A stretch of DNA of 64,000 nt from positions 384,001 through 448,000 of the forward strand of contig CAVUDW010000002.1 in NCBI GenBank assembly GCA_963740355.1. Reading direction: 5' to 3'. This document shows positions 18,905 through 28,133 of this stretch, in pieces. Under the pieces are notes generated by a model. The model did no database searches and was not told the DNA's origin. It worked only from the letters and a program-made list of their open reading frames with translations. This DNA comes from an uncultured Gemmatimonadaceae bacterium (GTDB lineage Bacteria > Gemmatimonadota > Gemmatimonadetes > Gemmatimonadales > Gemmatimonadaceae). The stretch's first letter is position 1. The number at the start of each line of letters is the position of its first letter. The position numbers and the translations under genes were made by a program.

Positions 18905-20311
18905 ATGTCGTCACGCCGCGACTTCGTCCGCACCATGGGTCTCTCCCTCGCCGCCTCGGCTGCCGCGTCTGCGGAACTCGCGGCGTTGCCGTCGAGCGAT
19001 GCGGCTGAAGGGTCCGAGCGCCTGCTGGTGCCCAATCCGCACCAGCCGACACCGGCACCGGTCGGCGTTGATCGCTTGCCGCTCGAGTGGTACAAGGCCA
19101 CCTGTCGGCGGCTGCGCGCCAGCGCCAAGGCCCGCGGACTGCACGCAGTGCTGCTGCAGTCGGATACGAACCTCGTCTACTTCACCGGCTGCTTCCGTGG
19201 CAGTGGCGAACGCACCACCTGGGCGTTGCTGCTGGTGGATGAACCGGAGACGATCTACTGGTTCTCACCCGCGATCGATCGCGACCTGATCACCTCGTGG
19301 TGGTGCACGGAGAACACCTATTACTTCTGCTATCCACACGCAGAAGGTGGCTTCCCCAATCGCGGGCAGAATGTGCGCGGATCGCGTGTCGACCTGTGGT
19401 CGTGGGTCCTCACACATCTCGCGCAGCGAGGGTTGAGCGGCAAGGCCATCGGCCTCGATCGAGAGCTCACACCCAGCAGTCAGCGCACCTTCGATCGCCT
19501 GCTGCCCGGTGCCACCAACGCCGATATCAGCGACATCTGCCTCGACATGCGCGTCATCAAGACGCCGGAAGAGATTGCGCTGATTCAACGGGCCTACCGC
19601 TACTTCGACCGTGTGCACTGCTTCGCACGCGACTACATCCTCGAGCATGGCACCAGCGCCACCGACTATCAGGTGGGCCAGGCTCTGTCGAGTTACGGCA
19701 TCAACCTCATGATGCGCGATGTGAAGCGCGACGGAAAGCCGCACAGCGCCGTGGGGATCGAAGTCACTGGCAACTACGTCCGCGCGGGTGTTGCCACGGC
19801 GTATCCGCATCCGAACCAGTTCTTTCACACCCGCTTGCAGCGCGGCCAGCCGGTCTACGTCAACTGCGACATCCTGCTCGGTGGCTTCGGCGGTGAAGGC
19901 TATCGCAACTACATCATCACGCCGAGCAACACGCACCACGATCGGATGTGGCAAGTCGTGGCGGACACGGTGCAGATCATGGTCGAGGAGACGAAGCCCG
20001 GTGCCGTCTGCTCAGAGATCGCGCAGAAGGTACACGCCTACCAGATCAAGGCCGGCATGCAGGACTTCATCTACCATCGGCCTGGCCACGGGCAGGGCAC
20101 CAACTTCGAGGGGCATCAGGCGCCGTTCCTCGCACTGGGTGACGACACCGTGGTGCAGGAAGGGATGACGTTTTCCGTCGAGCCCGGGCTCTACGACGCG
20201 CAGCGCGGCATCGGCATCAACCCCAGCGATCGCATGCTGGTGACGCGCGACCGCAGTGTCTTGATGAGCACCATCCCGTTCTCGAAGGAATGGAGCTACC
20301 TGAAGGTGTGA
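18905..20311 (+). CDS. Tat-exported M24 (Xaa-Pro peptidase/creatinase-fold) protein
   Basis: MSSRRDFV twin-Arg signal; RVIKTPEEI, HRPGHGQG, GMTFSVEPGLY. Confidence 0.88.
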   Translation: MSSRRDFVRTMGLSLAASAAASAELAALPSSDAAEGSERLLVPNPHQPTPAPVGVDRLPLEWYKATCRRLRASAKARGLHAVLLQSDTNLVYFTGCFRGSGERTTWALLLVDEPETIYWFSPAIDRDLITSWWCTENTYYFCYPHAEGGFPNRGQNVRGSRVDLWSWVLTHLAQRGLSGKAIGLDRELTPSSQRTFDRLLPGATNADISDICLDMRVIKTPEEIALIQRAYRYFDRVHCFARDYILEHGTSATDYQVGQALSSYGINLMMRDVKRDGKPHSAVGIEVTGNYVRAGVATAYPHPNQFFHTRLQRGQPVYVNCDILLGGFGGEGYRNYIITPSNTHHDRMWQVVADTVQIMVEETKPGAVCSEIAQKVHAYQIKAGMQDFIYHRPGHGQGTNFEGHQAPFLALGDDTVVQEGMTFSVEPGLYDAQRGIGINPSDRMLVTRDRSVLMSTIPFSKEWSYLKV

Positions 20312-20327
20312 GTGGTTGACACACAAA

Positions 20328-20361
20328 GGCGCACGGTCACCGGGTGGGATGACCGTGCGCC
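20328..20361. terminator. Hairpin between convergent genes
   Basis: 12-bp perfect stem GGCGCACGGTCA / TGACCGTGCGCC; no clear U-tract. Confidence 0.45.
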
Positions 20362-20380
20362 AGGAACAACCTGTTCTGGT

Positions 20381-20941
20381 TCAGCTCGCAGCGCGCAGCT
20401 TGACGGCTGGAACGTACACCGGTGTGTCGACGCGAGCCGCTGACATCGGGGCTCGCCACAACACGTAGACACCGTCGTCGGCATTCATCAGCGCCGTCAC
20501 CAGCGCCTCGTTGTCGAAGTCGCGAAGGCGCTGCTCGAGCGCGGTCAACAGGCCGGCTTCGACCGCCAGTGTATGCGGGATCACCACGCCGTTCTCGTGC
20601 TGGCCACGCAGCAGCAAATGCACGTCTTCCCCATCGGCAGTGCTGCGCGATGTGACCACCGCAACTTCCGTGAGGTCGGGCCACGATACCGCCTCGTGCA
20701 AGCCCTGGTCGTCATAGCGACGAATGCCCCACGGCGTGACGTCGATCGTTTCGTCGGCACTGTCACGCTCGAACGTCGGCAAGTATGGGCGGGCGGCAGC
20801 CAACACCGCCGAGCAGCTGAACGCGAACAGCATCCACCAGCCAGACGCGTCGCCATTGCGTGCGATCAACATGCCTCCAAGGGCAAGCGCGGCGGACGCG
20901 GTGATGAAAAATGCGTCCATGCGAGAATTGCGGAGCAGCAT
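20381..20941 (-). CDS. Hypothetical protein with two N-terminal TM helices
   Basis: AGAAAGGAG SD before ATG 20941; two hydrophobic helices, then a soluble domain. Confidence 0.7.
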   Translation of the reverse strand: MLLRNSRMDAFFITASAALALGGMLIARNGDASGWWMLFAFSCSAVLAAARPYLPTFERDSADETIDVTPWGIRRYDDQGLHEAVSWPDLTEVAVVTSRSTADGEDVHLLLRGQHENGVVIPHTLAVEAGLLTALEQRLRDFDNEALVTALMNADDGVYVLWRAPMSAARVDTPVYVPAVKLRAAS

Positions 20942-21200
20942 CGTCGTTCTCCTTTCTACGCAGCATCGTCGCCGCGGCCTTGTGTCCACCTAGCCACGGA
21001 TGCGAGTCGCGTGGCTCATCCATTGGGACCGTCCAGACACTTTCACCAGCACTGTGGTGATACGTTGCATATCCGGGGCCAGTGCCTCGGCGGACTGAGC
21101 TGTAAGGACGTGTGTGCGTTGTCGCGCTCGCTACGAAAATCGAGCTCATCTGAAGACGTGTTCTTGGATCGAGCAGTCGGGCCCGCTTGAATTTCCCATT

Positions 21201-21224
21201 CGCTTGTGAAAGATTTCACAAGCG
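21201..21224. promoter_or_regulatory. Rex operator (NADH/NAD+ redox-sensing repressor) overlapping the ndh promoter
   Basis: cgcTTGTGAAagatTTCACAAgcg matches the Rex consensus TTGTGAA-N4-TTCACAA exactly; overlaps candidate promoter TTGAAT(21187)-17 bp-AAGATT(21210). Confidence 0.85.
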
Positions 21225-21309
21225 CCCGACAGCACGACGCGCCCACCTGAAAGGCGCCACCCCCGCCCCCGATGATTTCACTCGGGCACGGGCGCGAAGG
21301 AGCTCCGCC

Positions 21310-22692
21310 ATGCTCGCTGAACCGAACACCAGCACCCGCGTCACCAGCACTCACGCCACGGACCCGCGCCCCCATGTGGTGATCATCGGCGGTGGCTTCG
21401 CCGGCCTCACCGCGGCGCAGACCCTCGGCCGTGCCGACGTCCGCATCACACTCATCGATCGGACCAATCACCACCTCTTCCAGCCTCTGCTGTATCAGGT
21501 GGCGATGGCGGTGCTCAATCCGGCCGATATCACCGTGCCGATTCGCTGGATGCTGCGGCACCAGCCGAATGCGACTGTGATCATGGCCGAGGTGGAGGCG
21601 ATCGACACCGACGCGCGCACGCTGACACTCGACGGCGGCACGACAGTCGTCGACTGGGACTACCTGATCGTCGCCAGCGGCGCACGCCACGCCTATTTCA
21701 GTCACCCGGAATGGGAGCAGAACGCACCCGGCCTCAAGAGCATCGAGGATGCGCTCGAGCTGCGACGGCGTTTCCTGCTCTCGTTCGAGGCGGCGGAACG
21801 TGCCAGCGCGGCCGGTGAGCGGGACGCCCTGATGACCTTCGTGATCGTGGGAGGCGGCCCAACCGGCGTGGAGCTGGCCGGCATGATCCCCGAGATCACG
21901 CGACACACACTCAAGGACGACTTCCGGCGCATCGACCCCGCCTCGGCCCGGGTCATCCTCCTCGAGGGCAGCCCGCGAGTGCTCGCACAGTTCCCCGCGG
22001 AGCTGAGCGCACGCGCCAAGCGCGACCTCGAAGACCTCGGCGTCGACGTCAGGGTCAGCACCACCGTGACAAGCGTCGACGACGACGGCGTCACGCTCGC
22101 CTCAGGCGAACGCATCCTCGCCCACACGGTGTTCTGGGGCGCTGGCAATCAGGCGTCGCCGCTTGGCAAGCAACTCGGCGTTCCCCTCGACCGGGCAGGC
22201 CGCGTTCTCGTCGAGACCGATCTCTCGATTCCAGGGCACTCGCACGTGTTTGCCGTAGGCGACATTGCGGCGATCACGATGCCTGACGGCAAGCCGGTAC
22301 CAGCCGTTGCCCCAGCCGCGAATCAGATGGGCGGACATGCCGCGCAGGCAATCATTGCCGACCTGCATGGGAAGACACGCGCACCGTTCGCGTATTTCAA
22401 CAAGGGCGACCTTGCCACGATCGGTCGCTACCGAGCCGTGGCGTCGGTCGGCAAGCTCAGGATGACGGGATGGCTCGCCTGGTTGGCCTGGCTCTTCATC
22501 CACATCCTCTATCTGGCCGGATTCCGCAACCGGATCACGGTGTTCGTCCAGTGGGCGTACCAGTACTTTACGTATCAGCGCGGCGTCCGCCTCATCACGG
22601 GCACAACCGCGCATCGCCTGCTCAAGACCAGTCGTGAGCGCGAGTTGGAGCGCGCTGCGGAACGCAGGGCGGCGAGCGAAGCAGCGGCCTGA
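21310..22692 (+). CDS. ndh: Type II NADH dehydrogenase
   Basis: VVIIGGGFAG, NHHLFQPLLYQVA, VIVGGGPTGVELAG, FAVGD, YFNKGDLATIGR, WLFIHILYL. Confidence 0.92.
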   Translation: MLAEPNTSTRVTSTHATDPRPHVVIIGGGFAGLTAAQTLGRADVRITLIDRTNHHLFQPLLYQVAMAVLNPADITVPIRWMLRHQPNATVIMAEVEAIDTDARTLTLDGGTTVVDWDYLIVASGARHAYFSHPEWEQNAPGLKSIEDALELRRRFLLSFEAAERASAAGERDALMTFVIVGGGPTGVELAGMIPEITRHTLKDDFRRIDPASARVILLEGSPRVLAQFPAELSARAKRDLEDLGVDVRVSTTVTSVDDDGVTLASGERILAHTVFWGAGNQASPLGKQLGVPLDRAGRVLVETDLSIPGHSHVFAVGDIAAITMPDGKPVPAVAPAANQMGGHAAQAIIADLHGKTRAPFAYFNKGDLATIGRYRAVASVGKLRMTGWLAWLAWLFIHILYLAGFRNRITVFVQWAYQYFTYQRGVRLITGTTAHRLLKTSRERELERAAERRAASEAAA

Positions 22693-22861
22693 CCAGCGGC
22701 GCGGGGGATCGTTGCCCCGCCTGCTATAGTACCTGTGGCAGTACCTGTGGGTGCACCGATGACGGTGTCGCCGCGGCCTTCGAGACCAGGCGTCACGAGG
22801 CTGTGCCGATCACCGGCGCAGCGCGTTGACGTGATTGCGGCGCACCGGTAGCCTCTCACGC

Positions 22862-24865
22862 ATGGCGATGCCTCGTACCACGCCTTTCCTCGCGGACCCG
22901 TCGTCGTTGCCTGAGGCGACGGTCGCTCGGTTGGAGCACATCTTCGATGCGCTCCCGCTCGCGGTGGCTGAGTTCGATGCCGAGTTGTTGCTCATGCGGG
23001 CCAACCTCCGCTATCGCACCCTGATCGGCGCGCTCGTACCTGCCGGATGGCGCCCCACAGCCTACGACGCCTTTCCCAACGCGCTGGCGGACCTCAGCGA
23101 CGAGATCGACGCCGCCACCATTCGGCAGGAGTCGCGAACCCGACGGGTAGCGTTCCGGAATACCGCCAGCGCGCTGCAGATGGTCGAGCTGACCTTCGTG
23201 CCGCTCTCGTCCGGCGGCTTGCTGATCGTTGGCACCGAAGTGACGGAGATCGAAGGGCTGCGGCAGGCGCTCGCCCGCAGTGTGGCGCAGCTCGAGGCGA
23301 TCTTCGACGTTCTGCCCGAATCCGTTCGGGTGTTCGATCAGCAGGGTGTGGTCACGCGCGAGAATTCTGCGGCGCACTCCGATCACGCGGCGCAGGATCT
23401 GGCGTCGTTGCGCGAGTTATGGCGTGCCGACCTCCCGCGTCGCGCGGATGGCACGTCGTTGTTCGTTCATGAACATCCGACCGCCCGCGCACTGCGCGGC
23501 GAAGCGGTGCGCAACGAAACGATGCTCGTGCGTCGTGGCGTCGAGGGCGAGCAGATCATCGAGGTGAACTCGAATCCCCTGCGCGACGCTGCCAACACTG
23601 TCGTGGGGGCCGTCACGGTCGAGCGCGACGTGACCGAGCGTACCCGACTGGCTCGCGAACTGGCCGAGCAGGTGCGCCGTGCGAACGAGCTCTACGCCGT
23701 CGTGTCGACCGAGGCCGAACGGCTCGAGCGGCAAGTCAAGGAGCGTACGGTCGAGATCGAGCGATTGGAGGAGACGCGGAACCGCGAGCGTCGCCTGGCC
23801 GCTGTCGGCCAACTCGCTGCCGGTGTCATGCATGACGTGAACAATGCGCTCAACCCGATCGTCGCGGCCGCACACCTGCTCCAGATCCACGCCAACAACC
23901 CGGAAAAGGTGCGTGATTACGCGATCCGGATTGCGCGTGCTGCCGAGACCGGCGCGGCCACTGCGTCGCGTGTGGGGCGCTTCCTGCGTCAGGACCCGAT
24001 CACGCTGGCACCGGATGCGATGGTCGACCTCGCGACGGTGACGGATGAAGTGATCGCGATGACACGCCCCATCTGGGCCGAGCGCGTTGGTGGTGGATCC
24101 GTGATGCTGAACCGGACGCTGGCCGCTGGCGTGATGGCGCGTGCGGTGGCCGGTGAGGTGCGTGAAGCGTTGCTCAACCTGATCCAGAACGCCCTCGATG
24201 CGATGAAGGGCGGAGGGACGCTCGGTGTTACCGTCAGGCGCGACCGGACAAGCGCGATCGTCGAGGTGCACGATACCGGTCATGGCATGAGCCCGGAAGT
24301 TCGGGAGCGCGCCTTCGAGCCGTTCTTCAGCACGAAGGGCCCGAACGGCAGCGGGCTTGGACTGGCCGAGGTGTACGGCGTCATCAAGCGGCACAACGGT
24401 CGGGTCGAAATCGAGTCTGAAGTTGGACGGGGCACGACGGTGCGCCTGGTCTTCCCCGTTGCCGATCCTGCGACACAGACGCCACCGGTTGTCGCGGCCG
24501 TCGATCCGCACAAGCTGGCGCCGCGACGAATCCTCGTGGTCGAGGACCATGTGGACGGCCGCGAACTGGTGACGCAGGTCCTGCAGATGGCCGGACACGA
24601 GGTCGTGGCCGTCGCTACGGTCGCCGCGGCGGAAGCAGCGCTTGAAGGTGTGGCGCCACCGTTTGATGTTGTAGTCACCGATATTGGATTGCCCGACGGG
24701 GTCGGCACCGACCTCGCAACGCGAATCCGACAGCGTTTCCCAGCGATGCGCGTTGGTGTCATCACCGGGTGGGAAATGCGGCCCGAGTCGATGGCTGATG
24801 CACACTTCGCCTTGCGAAAGCCGCTGGTCGCGGAAGAATTGCTGGCGCAGGTGGCTGCGAGGTAG
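22862..24865 (+). CDS. Soluble hybrid sensor histidine kinase (PAS-PAS-HisKA-HATPase-REC)
   Basis: H-box AGVMHDVNN, N-box LLNLIQNALDAM, DTGHGM, FEPFFSTK, GSGLGL; receiver VTDIGLPD...K; no TM helices. Confidence 0.92.
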   Translation: MAMPRTTPFLADPSSLPEATVARLEHIFDALPLAVAEFDAELLLMRANLRYRTLIGALVPAGWRPTAYDAFPNALADLSDEIDAATIRQESRTRRVAFRNTASALQMVELTFVPLSSGGLLIVGTEVTEIEGLRQALARSVAQLEAIFDVLPESVRVFDQQGVVTRENSAAHSDHAAQDLASLRELWRADLPRRADGTSLFVHEHPTARALRGEAVRNETMLVRRGVEGEQIIEVNSNPLRDAANTVVGAVTVERDVTERTRLARELAEQVRRANELYAVVSTEAERLERQVKERTVEIERLEETRNRERRLAAVGQLAAGVMHDVNNALNPIVAAAHLLQIHANNPEKVRDYAIRIARAAETGAATASRVGRFLRQDPITLAPDAMVDLATVTDEVIAMTRPIWAERVGGGSVMLNRTLAAGVMARAVAGEVREALLNLIQNALDAMKGGGTLGVTVRRDRTSAIVEVHDTGHGMSPEVRERAFEPFFSTKGPNGSGLGLAEVYGVIKRHNGRVEIESEVGRGTTVRLVFPVADPATQTPPVVAAVDPHKLAPRRILVVEDHVDGRELVTQVLQMAGHEVVAVATVAAAEAALEGVAPPFDVVVTDIGLPDGVGTDLATRIRQRFPAMRVGVITGWEMRPESMADAHFALRKPLVAEELLAQVAAR

Positions 24866-24996
24866 CAGGTTGCGGGTGCTGTGGTGCACAGGGTGCGACG
24901 CGACGGGGCGTGCACACCCTTGATGAGTCGCTACATTCCCCGAGCTTCGTTTCCTGCTGGGCTCCCTTCCCAACGTATTTCCGCAAAGGCTGGTAC

Positions 24997-25608
24997 ATGG
25001 CTGACTCCCCGATCCGAGTTGTTCTGGCGGATGATGATGTGCATGCACGGCCGCTGTTGAGCGAGCTGCTGGTCTCCATGGGGTATGCCGTCGTCGGCGA
25101 GGCCGGCACCGGCCGCGAAGCAATCGCCGTTGCCGCCGAAGTCGTTCCCGATGTGGTGCTGCTCGATGTGCACATGCCGGATGGCAGTGGCATCGATGCC
25201 GCGAAGGCCATCACGGCCACCGGCGCACCGACCGCGGTGGTGCTCTTCAGCGGCGACCAGACCGTCATCATCAGCGCTGATGATGCGCGCGCAACAGCCG
25301 CCATCGCGTTCCTGCCGAAGCCCGCACCGCCGGGCATTCTCGACAGCACGCTGCGCCTCGCCGTGGCCCGCGCTCGCGAACTGTCCGAAAGTCGGCAGGA
25401 CGCCGCGTTCTGGAAGCAAAAGCTCGAAGAGCGGAAGCTGATCGAACGAGCCAAGGGCATTCTGATGCGTCGTACCGGCAGCACCGAACAGGAAGCGTAC
25501 CGCATCATGCAGCGGAGCTCGCAGGATAATTCAGTCCCGATGTCGCAGATCGCGCAGGCAGTGATCGACAGCGAGCCAGGCGCGAAGAAGCCGGAAGCGG
25601 TGGCCTGA
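24997..25608 (+). CDS. ANTAR-domain response regulator (AmiR/NasT/PdtaR-like)
   Basis: REC (LADDD, LLDVHMP, FLPKP) plus ANTAR LEERKLIERAKGILM...EQEAYRIMQRSSQD. Confidence 0.93.
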   Translation: MADSPIRVVLADDDVHARPLLSELLVSMGYAVVGEAGTGREAIAVAAEVVPDVVLLDVHMPDGSGIDAAKAITATGAPTAVVLFSGDQTVIISADDARATAAIAFLPKPAPPGILDSTLRLAVARARELSESRQDAAFWKQKLEERKLIERAKGILMRRTGSTEQEAYRIMQRSSQDNSVPMSQIAQAVIDSEPGAKKPEAVA

Positions 25609-25628
25609 GTCGAACACGCTCAGCCTCC

Positions 25629-25663
25629 ACAAAAGGGCGCGCCACTCCGGCGCGCCCTTTTGT
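25629..25663. terminator. Intrinsic terminator (potentially bidirectional)
   Basis: ACAAAAGGGCGCGCC-actcc-GGCGCGCCCTTTTGT perfect 15-bp stem with A/T tracts, just after the ANTAR gene. Confidence 0.8.
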
Positions 25664-25690
25664 CGTTTCCGCCCGGGCGTTCTCGCATCC

Positions 25691-25812
25691 CGCATTCCCG
25701 AATTCCGGTGACAGTGCACGCATTCCCAGATTCCGGTGACAGTGCACGCATTCCCGAATTCCGGTGACAGTGCACGAATTTCCAGATTCCGGTGACAGTG
25801 CACGCATTCCCG
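25691..25812. repeat. Tandem repeat, 28-bp unit, 4 full copies plus a partial
   Basis: Unit CGCATTCCCGAATTCCGGTGACAGTGCA at 25691, 25719, 25747, 25775 and partial at 25803; variants alternate. Confidence 0.95.
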
Positions 25813-25838
25813 CACCAATAACCCGTCAGCCCCGGCCA

Positions 25839-26582
25839 ATGCCACTCGCCGAACACATCTCCAACCTCCAGCATCTCGACAAGAACGTGCGGATCGAGGC
25901 GGCGCTCGACATCGGCAAGCTGGCTGACCCCACCGCCATTCCCGCGCTCATCCAACGGCTCGGCAGCGAGACGGACTTCTTCGTGCGCGAGAACATCGTC
26001 TGGGCGCTAGTGCGCATGGGCGACGCGGCCGTCCTCCCGACGATCGACGTGCTGCAGCATGGTGACGCCCCTGTGCGCTACCATGCCGCACATGTCCTGA
26101 GCAAGCTGGGCGATCGTCGAGCCGTCGCCGCGCTGATCGAGGCGCTGCACGACGATGATTCGATGTTGTCTCAGAAGGCGGCCTACGCACTCGGCAGCCT
26201 GCGCGACGTGCGAGCGCTCCCCGCATTGCTCGAACTGCTCGGCGCCGACGGCTCCGAGATGCGCTCGACCATACATGACGCGATCACAGCCTTTGGCAGC
26301 GCGGCGGTTGAGCCCTTGTCGCACCGGCTTGGCCGGGACGCCCGCACCACCGCCATTCGGGTGGAAATCGTCGAAATCCTCGGCAGCATCGGCGGGGCCG
26401 AGGCGGTCGCGCCCCTCGCCGCCGCGCTGCAGGATCAGGCGTGGGAAGTCCGATTCGCCGCCGTGAACGCGCTGCGGCGGCAGGAAGACCCACTGACGGT
26501 ACCGGCGCTGGCAACGGCCATTGACGACGTCCATCCCCACGTGCGGAGCCTCGCCAGGCGCGCGGTGCAGGAATTGACCTGA
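25839..26582 (+). CDS. HEAT repeat (PBS lyase-like) protein
   Basis: Repeated VRxxAAxALG / AVxALxxAL motifs; ATG 25839. Confidence 0.88.
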   Translation: MPLAEHISNLQHLDKNVRIEAALDIGKLADPTAIPALIQRLGSETDFFVRENIVWALVRMGDAAVLPTIDVLQHGDAPVRYHAAHVLSKLGDRRAVAALIEALHDDDSMLSQKAAYALGSLRDVRALPALLELLGADGSEMRSTIHDAITAFGSAAVEPLSHRLGRDARTTAIRVEIVEILGSIGGAEAVAPLAAALQDQAWEVRFAAVNALRRQEDPLTVPALATAIDDVHPHVRSLARRAVQELT

Positions 26583-26669
26583 CCCATGCTGGACGTCCTC
26601 TGGCACGGACAGTACCGTAACCCCATTGGATCACCGTTTCGTGGTGTTACTCGCACGCAGAGAGTCGAA

Positions 26670-26942
26670 ATGCCGAAGTACGTGATCGAACGCGAAATCC
26701 CTGGCGCTGGCAAGTTGTCCGCCGCCGACCTGCATGGGATCAGTCAGACCTCATGCGGTGTGCTCAACAAGATGGGACCCCAGATTCAGTGGGTGCAGAG
26801 CTATGTCACCGCGGACAAGATCTACTGCATCTACAACGCCCCGAATGAGGCGATGGTCCGCGAGCACGCCGCCCTTGGTGGATTCCCGGCGAACAGTGTC
26901 TCGCAAGTCTTCTCGGTCATCGATCCGACGACAGCCGAGTAA
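26670..26942 (+). CDS. DUF4242 domain protein
   Basis: MPKYVIEREIPGAG...IQWVQSYVTADKIYCIYNAP...HAALGGFPAN. Confidence 0.9.
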   Translation: MPKYVIEREIPGAGKLSAADLHGISQTSCGVLNKMGPQIQWVQSYVTADKIYCIYNAPNEAMVREHAALGGFPANSVSQVFSVIDPTTAE

Positions 26943-26966
26943 GCAGCCGGCACCGCAACCCACGCT

Positions 26967-27008
26967 AAAAGCGCCCTCTGGTCTCATGCGAGACTGGCGG
27001 GCGCTTTT
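26967..27008 (+). terminator. Intrinsic terminator
   Basis: AAAAGCGCCC...GTCTC-atgc-GAGAC...GGGCGCTTTT hairpin after DUF4242 gene. Confidence 0.7.
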
Positions 27009-27095
27009 GACGTAGCGGCCCGGCTGAATCCTGAAGCGTGCTTCCGCAGTAGTGCCACCCGTCCACCGCTACTTCACGATTTGCGACTGCACCAC

Positions 27096-28097
27096 ATGAC
27101 GCTCAAGACGACGCTGGTCCTTGGCTGGATCGCTTTTGCACTCGACCTGATCTTTGTGCTCGGCCTGTTTGTGAGCAAGAATGCCGGCGACGACGCGGCT
27201 GGGCGTGGCGTCGCCACCGGCTACGCGATGGTGCTCTCGCCGATCTTGCTCTTGGCGGGTGGGATCCTGTTATGGGGAACGCGATCTGGATCGCGCGTGG
27301 GCATCATCGGCGGTGCCATCTTCACCGGACTGCCGTTCATCGTGCTCGCCTTCAACTTCGCGTCCGGCCAGGTCGAGAACGCGTCGCGTGCGATCTCGCG
27401 ATCGCGCAAGGGAAAGTTCAATGATGCACAGCTGACGCAGGTCGCAAAGGCCGTTCAGGCCGGCGACACCACCAAGGTGATCGCGCTCCTCCACGGCAAG
27501 AAGTTCGACTTCGCCCAGCGCGATGTGTTCGACCACACGCTGCTCGGCATCGCGGTGGAGGCGGCGACAGACATGTTCGCACAGCCTGGCCACAAGCAGA
27601 TGGTGCGCGTGCTGCTCGAGAATGGTGTACCCTACGCCCCCGATGCCACGGAGATCGATGGCGACTGGTTTGCAGCGTGGGCCGGCAGCTCGGGCGACTT
27701 CCAGATCGACCTCGTGGAAACTGCGCTCAAGCACGGCGCCAATCCGAACACGAACGAGCGCTACGACGATTCGGCGCTCATCCTCAGCGGCAACATGACG
27801 GTGGCGAAGCTGGAACTGCTCACGAAATACGGCGCCGACGTCAACGTCCGCTCGAAGCGCACCGACCGCCCCGGCTGGTCGACGCTCATGAATGCCGTCT
27901 ACCTCGGCGAATGGGAGTGGGCGACGTTCTTTCTGAAGAAGGGCGTCGCGGTCGACTACCGCGCTACCGACGGCAAGACCGTGCGCGATATTCTCAAGGA
28001 GCGCGCGACCGATGATATCGCAGCTGGGGAGTCGGCCGGGCCTGCGTACGAGGCGTTCGTGAAGGCACTCGATGCTGCGAGTCCTGCGACGCGGTGA
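27096..28097 (+). CDS. Membrane-anchored ankyrin-repeat protein
   Basis: About 3 N-terminal TM helices; VRVLLENG, ALKHGANPN, LLTKYGADVN, GWSTLMNA. Confidence 0.82.
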   Translation: MTLKTTLVLGWIAFALDLIFVLGLFVSKNAGDDAAGRGVATGYAMVLSPILLLAGGILLWGTRSGSRVGIIGGAIFTGLPFIVLAFNFASGQVENASRAISRSRKGKFNDAQLTQVAKAVQAGDTTKVIALLHGKKFDFAQRDVFDHTLLGIAVEAATDMFAQPGHKQMVRVLLENGVPYAPDATEIDGDWFAAWAGSSGDFQIDLVETALKHGANPNTNERYDDSALILSGNMTVAKLELLTKYGADVNVRSKRTDRPGWSTLMNAVYLGEWEWATFFLKKGVAVDYRATDGKTVRDILKERATDDIAAGESAGPAYEAFVKALDAASPATR

Positions 28098-28133
28098 CCT
28101 GGGCACACATCACGCCATTCGAGGGAGGCAATC

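Noticed and set aside
25691..25812. 28-bp repeats as a CRISPR array
   Set aside because: Units are head-to-tail with no unique spacers, and there are no cas genes or leader.
26601..26616. Sigma54 promoter (TGGCAC) upstream of DUF4242
   Set aside because: The -12 element reads GTAC rather than TTGC.
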